From positions 1-64,000 of the IMG/VR virus record IMGVR_UViG_3300021959_006010: a stretch of 64,000 bases of DNA, one strand, 5' to 3'. The notes under the pieces were generated by a model, which had not been told where the DNA came from, did not search any database, and saw only the letters and a program-made list of their open reading frames with translations. How positions within the stretch are numbered: position 1 is the stretch's first letter; each line of letters begins with the position of its first letter. Below are positions 49,539 through 58,407 of the stretch, in pieces. The position numbers and the translations under genes are program-made.

Positions 49539-50748
49539 AGTATTATGTCCTTTACCCTTTGTACATCCTTTCTTTGATGTAAGAGGATATTATAGTGCAT
49601 GCTGTAACGGGTCATTTTTTCCTGATAGCAAACATGTTTCTCAACTAACGGCCGAAGAATGGTTTTACAGTGATGATATGGTACAACTTCGGCAAGACAT
49701 GATTGATGGTACTAGAAATAAAATGTGCGACCATTGTTGGAAAAAGGACGATTTAGGAATTCCAAGTCCTCGTATGCAGCATATAGATTATTGGAGTTGG
49801 AAAACAATCGACTACGATAATCCAAAGCCAAAATATTTTGATTTAAAACCGAGCAATCATTGTAACCTAGCTTGTTTATTTTGTACTGCAAGTAGTAGTG
49901 ACAAAATAATAAAAATTACTGAAAATCTTGACGAAGCTGATCAGCCTATAAGATGGAAGGGATCTTTAGAAAATATAAAACGGTTAAACAAATTAGGAAC
50001 GTTTGACAGTTCTGTTGTTGAATATATAAAAGATAATATAGAAGATTTAGAATTACTTAAATTTACAGGCGGCGAGCCATTTTTATCAAAAGAAGTACTT
50101 GAAATACTTACAATGGTTAGCGAGATAAAACCTGAAGTAGAAATTAAAATTACAACAAACGGAACAGTTATAACAAAAGATTTTTACCCTATACTAGAAA
50201 AAATGAAGAAGACTAGTATAAAGTTTAGTATTGATGCAGTTGAAGATGTATACGACTATTTACGTTTTCCGAGTAAATGGAGTCAATTCCAAAAACGAAT
50301 AGAAAACAACATGAGTAGTTTGCCAAATGTATCATTTAATGTTAATACATTAATTACTAATATGAGTTTAGAGCAAATTCCTAAAATAAGAAATTGGTTT
50401 AAAGAATTGCAAAGCAAATACACTAATCTTTCTTATATTATTATAGATCCTAATTTGAATCCAGATAATAACGAAGCTGGTATTTTTCTAATGAATCCTG
50501 AGCATCTAAAGAGAATAAAACATTACTTAGAAGAAGAAACAAAAAATTGGGATTTTACAGACGATACTGATTACCAAATTAATTTTGTTTATAAGAAAAT
50601 AGATGAAGCATTAGATAAAAATCTTTATAAAAAGCATCAACATATACTGAAGCAAGAATTTGAAAAACATAACTCTATTAGACAGCTTGACGTTCGTAAT
50701 GTAGTTGACCCTATTACAAAAGAGTTTTTTCAGGAACTGTTAGAATGA
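49510..50748 (+). CDS. Radical SAM protein with N-terminal twitch/SPASM-like domain
   Basis: LCPLPF...GYYSACC...CDHC, CNLACLFC and TGGEP. The start is 49504, 49510 or 49513. Confidence 0.9.
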   Translation: MMILDSGKNKVLCPLPFVHPFFDVRGYYSACCNGSFFPDSKHVSQLTAEEWFYSDDMVQLRQDMIDGTRNKMCDHCWKKDDLGIPSPRMQHIDYWSWKTIDYDNPKPKYFDLKPSNHCNLACLFCTASSSDKIIKITENLDEADQPIRWKGSLENIKRLNKLGTFDSSVVEYIKDNIEDLELLKFTGGEPFLSKEVLEILTMVSEIKPEVEIKITTNGTVITKDFYPILEKMKKTSIKFSIDAVEDVYDYLRFPSKWSQFQKRIENNMSSLPNVSFNVNTLITNMSLEQIPKIRNWFKELQSKYTNLSYIIIDPNLNPDNNEAGIFLMNPEHLKRIKHYLEEETKNWDFTDDTDYQINFVYKKIDEALDKNLYKKHQHILKQEFEKHNSIRQLDVRNVVDPITKEFFQELLE

Positions 50749-51437
50749 CATCTATAGCAACGTTTGGGTGTAGTTATACTGAAGGTATAACAGGATCAGA
50801 TTATAATTGGCCAGCTGAACTTGCTATGCTAAACGACAACTTTGAAATTTATAATTGTGCAAAATCAGGAACTAGTGTAGACTATTCTTTACATGTACTC
50901 GAAAATTTTCTAAAAATAAAAACGCCTGATATAGTTTTATTTCAAGTAACAACACCGCATCGTTTTACATATATCACAAACACTGAATCTAATATTTTTG
51001 AAATTAAAAAGCATAGTAAAAACTATTATAAGTTTGATATTAAAGACAACAAAGACTTAGGATTTATAAATGCTGGATCAATGAGTTTAAAAAACAACAT
51101 GCGAAGAGGTTTTACAAATGCTAAGACTGTACAGGAATTTGCTTTACTATATTATAAACTAGTAGGTAAGAATGTTATAGATAAAACTAAATTTAATGCA
51201 TATTTTTCCTACATAAAAAAATTATTAAAAGATATACCGCACTTGATAATAGCACACGATCTTTCAGAAGACGAATGGATTACTTTTAACTTTATCGATT
51301 TTGATATAAGAAAAAGGTTATCCGACCCAATTTTTGAAAGTTATATAATCGACAACGGACGTCACTTATCAAGGGATGGATTAGTTAATGTGGCTAAATT
51401 ATTATTACAAGAGATCGAAGAAAGGAATATGATATGA
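50745..51437 (+). CDS. SGNH/GDSL-like protein
   Basis: TFGCSYTEG, NCAKSGTS and a C-terminal DNGRHLS. Confidence 0.6.
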   Translation: MTSIATFGCSYTEGITGSDYNWPAELAMLNDNFEIYNCAKSGTSVDYSLHVLENFLKIKTPDIVLFQVTTPHRFTYITNTESNIFEIKKHSKNYYKFDIKDNKDLGFINAGSMSLKNNMRRGFTNAKTVQEFALLYYKLVGKNVIDKTKFNAYFSYIKKLLKDIPHLIIAHDLSEDEWITFNFIDFDIRKRLSDPIFESYIIDNGRHLSRDGLVNVAKLLLQEIEERNMI

Positions 51438-52252
51438 CCGATGATGCAATGCCGTTACAACCTAGAGACAGATGGCCACAAGAATTAGATTCTGTAATGC
51501 CTAAATACTTTAGCGAGGCTGAAGCAATTCCTAACTTCTTTACACAAGAAGAATTAGATATGTGTCTTTTTCAGTTGTTCCATAGTTTTACAAAACACAG
51601 ACACTATGGCGGCGGCACTTTTAAACTTGAAAAATTTGACGAATATCCTATTTGGAAATTAGTCTATCCAAGATTAAAAGAACGGTTTGACTGGCTAAGA
51701 GAAGATGACATACTAACAGGCAACGGATACATAACTGCTACAAACTATGCATTACACATGGATAGTTGTAACCCTGTTGCATATTTTGATTACGATCAGT
51801 TAGCTATAAAAAGTTTTATCATTCCTCTTTTTGTATGCCAACCTGCATCAGCACAAGAAAGAGATGCAAGTTTTGTGTTGTTTAAGAATAGATTGCTAGG
51901 ATGGGAGTGTAATTTTAGTAACGGAGGTAGCAACGATGTTAAAATGACTTATCAAAAAAATGTTACTTCGTATGACAATTTGCCTTGGGTAGACGTTAAC
52001 GGAAACCCTATAGATATTGACACATCTAAAATGCATGATAGTACTGCTGAAATTTACGATGACCATTTAAAGCAGTTACCTAAAGAAACTTATTACGGAA
52101 TGCAATTAGAAACAATTGTTCCTTATTCTCCTAAGAGTATCATTTTGTTTGATCCGTATCAGCCACATGTAACTGGTAATAAAGATTGGAGCAAAACAAG
52201 ACTTAAAGGTGGCATACGATTTAATATACAAAGGAAAATAGACAAATTATAA
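51434..52252 (+). CDS. Fe(II)/2-oxoglutarate oxygenase-like protein
   Basis: HxD (LHMD), IIPL and a distal His in LFDPYQPH. Paralogue of 57046. Confidence 0.55.
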   Translation: MTDDAMPLQPRDRWPQELDSVMPKYFSEAEAIPNFFTQEELDMCLFQLFHSFTKHRHYGGGTFKLEKFDEYPIWKLVYPRLKERFDWLREDDILTGNGYITATNYALHMDSCNPVAYFDYDQLAIKSFIIPLFVCQPASAQERDASFVLFKNRLLGWECNFSNGGSNDVKMTYQKNVTSYDNLPWVDVNGNPIDIDTSKMHDSTAEIYDDHLKQLPKETYYGMQLETIVPYSPKSIILFDPYQPHVTGNKDWSKTRLKGGIRFNIQRKIDKL

Positions 52253-52953
52253 TGGGTAAGATATATTCTTATAATTCCGAGTCGATTGAGTTACCTGACT
52301 TAGATGTTGATGTTATAGCATTGTCACTTAGTGGCGGTGCAGATAGTGCGCTATTAGCATTTCTTATAGCTAAAGATATAGTTGAGTCTAATTCTAAAAC
52401 TAAAATTTTGCCTTTTACAAGATACAGACCTTGGCCTGAAGAAGCACCAAGAAACTGGAACGTTACAAGAGCTAAAGATGTAATACAAAAAATAGTTGAA
52501 ATTTTAGAAACAAATGTTTTTCTAGACTTGCATGTAGAATATCCGCAGATTCAAAGGATGATGACTGTTGCAGAAGAACGAGAACACGTAAAAGATTTAC
52601 ATAAAAAACTTGTTGATTTTACTAAAAATCAAGGGTACAAAAGTTGTAAATTTTATTACGGTGTAACATCAAATCCTAGCAAGGAAGTAATGATCGAAAA
52701 TGATTTTTTATATGATTATAGAATCAAAGACAGAGATGTAAAAAATAGACAAAAAAGAGATACTCGTCCTTTTGACTTAGTTGATAAAAAGTTTATTGCA
52801 GAAATTTATAAGTTAGAAAACTTACTAGATACACTTTTTCCTATCACATATTCTTGTGAAGGAGACCATAATTCTACAAAAAATTATTCTGTACACTGTG
52901 AAACGTGCTGGTGGTGCAAAGAAAGATTATGGGCATTTGGGAGACTTATTTAA
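52252..52953 (+). CDS. QueC-like PP-loop ATPase with C-terminal Zn-binding cysteines
   Basis: LSLSGGADSA (PP-loop) and TYSC...HCETCWWCKER. Confidence 0.65.
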   Translation: MGKIYSYNSESIELPDLDVDVIALSLSGGADSALLAFLIAKDIVESNSKTKILPFTRYRPWPEEAPRNWNVTRAKDVIQKIVEILETNVFLDLHVEYPQIQRMMTVAEEREHVKDLHKKLVDFTKNQGYKSCKFYYGVTSNPSKEVMIENDFLYDYRIKDRDVKNRQKRDTRPFDLVDKKFIAEIYKLENLLDTLFPITYSCEGDHNSTKNYSVHCETCWWCKERLWAFGRLI

Positions 52954-54071
52954 TGCCAGAATGTAATATGCTAGAAAATCATATGTGTATTACTGTTAAC
53001 GGAGCATGGCGTCCTTGTTGCCGGTTTAACGAAGATGTGCAACCGTGGAATGAAAGAATGAGAGTAGAAGACTACTCTTTTCAAGAATACCGTAGTAGTA
53101 AATTTTATCAAGAAATAAAGGCAGCACAAAAGACAGGCTGGCACGAAGGCTGCAAGGGTTGCGAAATCGCAGAACAAACAGGCACATCTAGCACTAGACT
53201 TATATTTGGAGAAAAGCTTTCTGGTGTTAAAGATCAAGTAGAATATATAGAAATAAGTTTAAGTGACGAATGTAATCTTGCTTGTAAAATGTGCGGACCG
53301 TGGGCTAGTAGTACATGGAATAAAATTGCTCTCGAAAATACCGAAACATTAGAAGGATTTATTAAACCTCAAAAATTTACTTTTACAGCCGATGTTGAAA
53401 AAGTGTTTAATGATATAGATTTTACACATATTAATTCTGTAAAAATATTAGGAGGAGAGCCCTTTATTGTTCCCGAAACTAAAAAATTTTTAGAGTTATT
53501 AGACAATAACGGAATATTACCAAATGTTAATATTATGACTAATACTAATGTTACATTTTTTCCTAAAAAGCTAGTAAAATATCTTACTAAAGCAAAGACA
53601 CTATCTATTGCAATGAGCTTAGATGGAGTTAACAGAATAAACGATTATATTAGATACAAAAGTGATTGGCAAACTGTTCTTGATGTTATAGCACAGTGGA
53701 AAGAATTTTATAAAAATAGACATGACAAAAATTCTTTAAAATTTGCAAGTGTTATAAATGCCTACAATGTACATCAAGTAACTGAAATGAGAGAGTTTGC
53801 AGAAAGTAATAATATAGAATTACAGTATAATATTATAAACAGTCCGAGATATTTGAGACTTGATGCTCTTCCTTTAACTTATGTAGACGAACTAGCCAAT
53901 AAATACAAAGATACCAAAGACCACGGTGTTTATAGATATTTAAATTCTATAAAATGTAACGAGAAGTACCTCAAAGAATTGAAAGAATATACTGTTCGAA
54001 TGGATAAAATTACAGGTATAAATTTAAAAGATTATAATCTTTCTTTAGCAAAGGCACTTGACATTTTGTAA
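52953..54071 (+). CDS. Radical SAM protein with N-terminal twitch/SPASM-like domain
   Basis: ECNML...GAWRPCC...CKGC, CNLACKMC and LGGEP. TAATG-coupled start at 52953. Confidence 0.9.
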   Translation: MPECNMLENHMCITVNGAWRPCCRFNEDVQPWNERMRVEDYSFQEYRSSKFYQEIKAAQKTGWHEGCKGCEIAEQTGTSSTRLIFGEKLSGVKDQVEYIEISLSDECNLACKMCGPWASSTWNKIALENTETLEGFIKPQKFTFTADVEKVFNDIDFTHINSVKILGGEPFIVPETKKFLELLDNNGILPNVNIMTNTNVTFFPKKLVKYLTKAKTLSIAMSLDGVNRINDYIRYKSDWQTVLDVIAQWKEFYKNRHDKNSLKFASVINAYNVHQVTEMREFAESNNIELQYNIINSPRYLRLDALPLTYVDELANKYKDTKDHGVYRYLNSIKCNEKYLKELKEYTVRMDKITGINLKDYNLSLAKALDIL

Positions 54072-54085
54072 AGATGTGTTATCAT
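54058..54085 (+). promoter_or_regulatory. sigma70 promoter with extended -10
   Basis: TTGACA (54058-54063), 16 nt, TATCAT (54080-54085) preceded by TGn. SD AGGAG before 54108. Confidence 0.7.
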
Positions 54086-54107
54086 ATATGTAACTAGGAG
54101 AAAAACG

Positions 54108-55172
54108 ATGCCAGCTACTCAACAAGAACTGGAGCAATTGAAACAAGATAAAGAATTTATTGTTTCTACAGTAGCAGAATGGGTTAAAGATGTATACCCA
54201 AATAGAACAAACGAACCAGAAAAGTGTGTGCGAGATTTAGGATACATATATGATGCATTTGTTAATACTGTTGAATATATAGATATAAATTATGCACACG
54301 ATATAGCTGCTAAGTTTTGGCATAAGGGTGTAATGCAGTTGGTAGAACCAGAAGTAGAAGTACATACATACGCTCATACTTCTGAACTTATAAAATTGAG
54401 ACATCCTACTTTAGAAAGATTTGCTATATCCTTCTTTAGAGAATTAACAAATGGGTTAAGTAATAAACCTAAATTTAAAGTAGGGAACGAAAGTGATCCT
54501 GAACTTACTAATAAAATACATAACTTAGCTAAAAACAGACATAACTGGAAACCGTTAACCGGAGACAAACCGACACCGGAGCATTTAGAGTTAATATTAG
54601 AAGCAGCAGCAGGTATGACACCAGCTTTGTCAAATGAATATAATTATCGAGTAGACGAAGTTCCTGATTATTTAAAAGAAGAATTGTTTACAGATCTTAT
54701 ACAATGGTCAGATGCAGCCGAAGAGTCTGGTAATACTTTATATGCAAGAGACCAAAACGATCAATTAAAAGCACCTACCTTGTTGTGTTGGTGTTTACGT
54801 TATAATCCAGAAAATGACAGTCACTATCAGTTTTGTGGAGATATGACAGATAGAGATCCAAATTTAATTAATATTGGACTAAGCGTATGGCACACTTGTT
54901 TAACTGCTGAAAGCTTAGGATATAAAACGTCCTTTTGTCAAGTTACAGGATGGAAACGAGACACTGCTAAAGAAATATTAGGATTAACTACTGACGAAGT
55001 TCAATCAGAACACCTTACTAAACGCAATGGACAGTGTGATTTTATGCCTATGATATTTTTAGCTATTGGTACTGAAGGACGAACTAATACCAACACTCGA
55101 GCTTTTAAGTCAGAAGATATTATTAACAAGATGCAATTTAGAGAAGAGAGACTCGTTTCAAATAATGACTGA
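54108..55172 (+). CDS. Fusion of a phycobiliprotein/globin-like domain and a nitroreductase-fold domain
   Basis: N-terminal VYP...EKCVRDLGY...AISFFRELTNGLS. C-terminal NRHNWKP....LELILEAA..TPA..N...APTLL...IG....CLTAESLGY.T...FLAIG. Confidence 0.6.
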   Translation: MPATQQELEQLKQDKEFIVSTVAEWVKDVYPNRTNEPEKCVRDLGYIYDAFVNTVEYIDINYAHDIAAKFWHKGVMQLVEPEVEVHTYAHTSELIKLRHPTLERFAISFFRELTNGLSNKPKFKVGNESDPELTNKIHNLAKNRHNWKPLTGDKPTPEHLELILEAAAGMTPALSNEYNYRVDEVPDYLKEELFTDLIQWSDAAEESGNTLYARDQNDQLKAPTLLCWCLRYNPENDSHYQFCGDMTDRDPNLINIGLSVWHTCLTAESLGYKTSFCQVTGWKRDTAKEILGLTTDEVQSEHLTKRNGQCDFMPMIFLAIGTEGRTNTNTRAFKSEDIINKMQFREERLVSNND

Positions 55173-56286
55173 AGATTTAAAATGGAGCAATTACGATTTT
55201 ACTAAAATACCTTTTGACGATCTTGTCAGTGTCGGCCAACGTACTCTTTTGTATCGTGATATATTTACAGTATCATGGTTACTTGGCCGTTTCTGTAACT
55301 ATCGTTGCTCCTACTGCTGGCCCTACGCCAGAAGCGATCGTAAAGACCACCGTCCTACCGAGCTCTGCTTGCTTACAGTGGATGAAATTAAACGTCAAGC
55401 CCGAGACAACGGCTTCAATTCTTTCCACTTCTCCTTGTCAGGAGGAGAGCCTACTTTCCATCCTGGATACCTCGATATACTAAAGCATTTGGCAAATGAT
55501 GTGCCAAACACAAACTATACAAGCATACACATGACTAGCAATTGCAGTCGTCCTATGAGCTGGTTCGAACAGTATGTTGAACTTGCAAAACCATTCCACA
55601 GAGCAAGTATTACAGCAAGTCTGCACACAGAACATTTAAACACAAAGGAGAAGATGCAGGACTTTGCAGACAAGTTGATCCTGTGTCAAGAACATGATGT
55701 ACAAGTTACAATCAATATGGTTATGGTGCCAGACTGGTTTGAACGTGATTGGGAAAATGCTTTGTTCTTCCATGAGCAAGGTATCAATGTCACCCTTAAG
55801 CCGCAGTCCGACCCTACGGCATCGAGAATCGTTGAAGGATACCGAGAAGAAGACCTAAAGCGTTTGTGGAATGGAATGCCACAACGTGCATACACCGAAA
55901 GCAAACGTAAATGGCAAGGACGTCCTAAACCAACGTATCAAATACCTACAGGAGTAAACGGTAAGTTAGACGCTAGTGTTCCGTGGCATATGCAAGTAGA
56001 ATTTGAAGATAAAGATGGTAAGAAATGGTTTATGGATCAAGCAGAAAGATTTAATGCTTTTAATTTTAATAAATTTAAAGGCTGGAATTGTAACGCTGGC
56101 TACCAAGGAATTATCATACGTGAACCCGACGGCAGTATTAAACGTAGTTACAGTTGTCATGATGTGCCTCTTGGTAATATTGAAACAGGTTTTAAATTAT
56201 TTGACAAACCTATGCCTTGTATAACAGACAGTTGTGTAAGCTCAGCAGATAGCAAAATTCCGAAACGAAAAGAAAGGTTCAATTAA
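55165..56286 (+). CDS. Radical SAM protein with C-terminal twitch-like Cys cluster
   Basis: CNYRCSYC and SGGEP. C-terminal CNAG...PDG.....SC...C...C. The ATG at 55165 is preferred. Confidence 0.9.
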   Translation: MTEDLKWSNYDFTKIPFDDLVSVGQRTLLYRDIFTVSWLLGRFCNYRCSYCWPYARSDRKDHRPTELCLLTVDEIKRQARDNGFNSFHFSLSGGEPTFHPGYLDILKHLANDVPNTNYTSIHMTSNCSRPMSWFEQYVELAKPFHRASITASLHTEHLNTKEKMQDFADKLILCQEHDVQVTINMVMVPDWFERDWENALFFHEQGINVTLKPQSDPTASRIVEGYREEDLKRLWNGMPQRAYTESKRKWQGRPKPTYQIPTGVNGKLDASVPWHMQVEFEDKDGKKWFMDQAERFNAFNFNKFKGWNCNAGYQGIIIREPDGSIKRSYSCHDVPLGNIETGFKLFDKPMPCITDSCVSSADSKIPKRKERFN

Positions 56287-56287
56287 A

Positions 56288-57046
56288 ATGGATTTAAAAA
56301 AGTTTGACAAAAACGGCAATCCTCTTAATCTTACAGAACGAGATTTACGACATTTAAGAGGAAAATATTACGAGTATTGGTTAAAAGATCCTGCTCTTAC
56401 AATGCCGACAGAAGAGCAAGTATTGTGCGAACTTCAATTAACAGCACTAGGAAATTTTGAAGAATTGAATTTTGATTTAGATAGCAATTTATTCCACAAA
56501 GAAATAGAAGCTTACAACGATAAATGGGTGCCATATCTTAGAAGAGAAGGAGTGTCTAATGACAGAGAAGGACTTTTGCTAGTAGGTCTAGAAGGAGATA
56601 CTCCTAGTGATAGTTTGAGTCGCCCTGAAGCAATTAAGCGAGCAGGAAGAAATTTAAACGAAACTGATTTTACGTATCCTACACAAGCATATAAAGATTT
56701 AACTAGCCTGCATCCTATACTAGATTACTGGACAGATCTTGGTAGAACTATGTTGATTCGAACACACGAAGGCGGATGGTTCCCTCCGCATAGAGATCAG
56801 CCGCATTTAAAAAGAGATACTTTTCGGGTCATTATGTTTATTGGTAGAGAAGTGGGTATGAGTTCGTACGAGTGGTTTTTAGGCGACGAACGTCAAGTAA
56901 TTTGTTCAAACAGTGCATATTATGTAGATACTAGAAAAGTACACAGAACACACAGCTGGGAAAGAAATAGCACACATTTGATTTTAAACATTCCTAAAAC
57001 ATGGGAAAATGTAATGAAGTTGATGAGTGTATTACGTCACTTGTAA
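56288..57046 (+). CDS. Fe(II)/2OG oxygenase, aspartyl/asparaginyl beta-hydroxylase-like
   Basis: GGWFPPHRD, YVDTRKVH and HLILN. Confidence 0.6.
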   Translation: MDLKKFDKNGNPLNLTERDLRHLRGKYYEYWLKDPALTMPTEEQVLCELQLTALGNFEELNFDLDSNLFHKEIEAYNDKWVPYLRREGVSNDREGLLLVGLEGDTPSDSLSRPEAIKRAGRNLNETDFTYPTQAYKDLTSLHPILDYWTDLGRTMLIRTHEGGWFPPHRDQPHLKRDTFRVIMFIGREVGMSSYEWFLGDERQVICSNSAYYVDTRKVHRTHSWERNSTHLILNIPKTWENVMKLMSVLRHL

Positions 57047-57732
57047 TGAGAACCAAAGAACAAATAGATAGAATACAATCAACACACGGAAATCCTATTT
57101 CCATAAAAAATATTGTTGATGTAGAACCTCTTAAAAATTATTATAAAGATAATAGTAATAAAATAATACAGAAAAATACAGGTCCTAAAATTTTAGAAGT
57201 TGACCCGAACGAGTTGCTATTCTCTAATTTAATTTATAATATTAAAAGAAGTGTTGGTGAGTTTGAGGTAAGATACATACATTATTTTGATGTTACACAT
57301 CCTCATATTATACACAACGACGATACTTTTGAATACCCTAACTGCTATAAAGCATTTACTATTCCTTTAGAAATTTATGGCGACAGTGATGATATAAAGT
57401 TAGTAGTTTATGATCAATATTATTATGGCGGACCTGCCAAGTTTTTCAACGGAGAAACTAAAAAAGACGGCCAAGTTTATTACAATACACCAATAACTGA
57501 TTATAATGATGTATATGGTGTAAACGAAAATGGAATACCTGAAAACATTAAAAATAATTACTTAACACATTTAAAAGATAATTGGCTTAAAGGGTTAAGT
57601 ATTAATGCCATGCTTGATTGGAAAATAGGCGATGTTTTGTGTTTTGATAGTTTAGCTTTACATTCGTCATCTGACTTTATAAATAAAAATGTATCGAGAA
57701 AAATAGGAATATCTATTTTTACCACATTATAG
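57046..57732 (+). CDS. Fe(II)/2OG oxygenase-like protein
   Basis: IHND, TIPL and WKIGDVLCFDSLALHSS. TAATG-coupled start at 57046. Confidence 0.55.
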   Translation: MRTKEQIDRIQSTHGNPISIKNIVDVEPLKNYYKDNSNKIIQKNTGPKILEVDPNELLFSNLIYNIKRSVGEFEVRYIHYFDVTHPHIIHNDDTFEYPNCYKAFTIPLEIYGDSDDIKLVVYDQYYYGGPAKFFNGETKKDGQVYYNTPITDYNDVYGVNENGIPENIKNNYLTHLKDNWLKGLSINAMLDWKIGDVLCFDSLALHSSSDFINKNVSRKIGISIFTTL

Positions 57733-57740
57733 GATATCTT

Positions 57741-58397
57741 ATGGATTGGCAAGAATTAATTAATAAAAGACATACAACATTTGCATGGGACGATTCAAAA
57801 GTTCCGAGTAGAAGTGTAATAGAAGAAGTATTTGAAGAAGCATATTTACATGTTCCTACAAAAAACTTAATGTATCCATACGAAGCAATAGCATATAGAA
57901 ACGATGATGACGAAATTCGAAAAGAGATAATGACAATATGTCATCGTAACAAAGATATGCCTGTTGAAACAGATCGAGGAAATCCACAAGTGTTAGCACC
58001 TTGGTTAATCGGATTTACTGGAAGATATACACAGGATTTAGAAAAAAGATACGAAAGAAGTTCTTATCGAGAAAGACCTATACAAAGAGACAGTGAGCAA
58101 ATGGAAATTGGAATGTGTGCTATGTTCTTTGCATATGCCTTTGCTAGTAGAGGCATACAAACAGGCTATTGCCAGAATATATTGAATAATCCTCTTAGAG
58201 GAGGAGAAATATTTGGTTTAGAACCTGGTAGGAAATTAAGATTTATAATGGGTGTAGGATACGGAAAAGATAGTGCAACAAGGCACGAATACTACGATCC
58301 GAGAGTAAATCAAAATAAGAGTATTCCTTATACTCCAGATCATGTTGGTGTAATTTATCCGAGACCGGATATAGAAAAGGTATTTAGAGTGCTGTAA
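57741..58397 (+). CDS. Nitroreductase-fold flavoprotein
   Basis: INKRHTTFAW, VPTKN, QVLAPWL, EIG......A...GIQTGYC and MGVGY. Confidence 0.65.
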   Translation: MDWQELINKRHTTFAWDDSKVPSRSVIEEVFEEAYLHVPTKNLMYPYEAIAYRNDDDEIRKEIMTICHRNKDMPVETDRGNPQVLAPWLIGFTGRYTQDLEKRYERSSYRERPIQRDSEQMEIGMCAMFFAYAFASRGIQTGYCQNILNNPLRGGEIFGLEPGRKLRFIMGVGYGKDSATRHEYYDPRVNQNKSIPYTPDHVGVIYPRPDIEKVFRVL

Positions 58398-58407
58398 GCA
58401 CTCTAAA
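58383..58407. terminator. Perfect inverted repeat at the convergent gene junction
   Basis: TTTAGAGTGCT-GTA-AGCACTCTAAA (11-bp arms) spans the 58397 stop and abuts the 58408 stop. Confidence 0.6.

Noticed and set aside
55165-56286. Calling this radical SAM QueE or MoaA, or naming 52252 queC
   Set aside because: Only generic motifs match, and the partner pathway genes are absent from the window.
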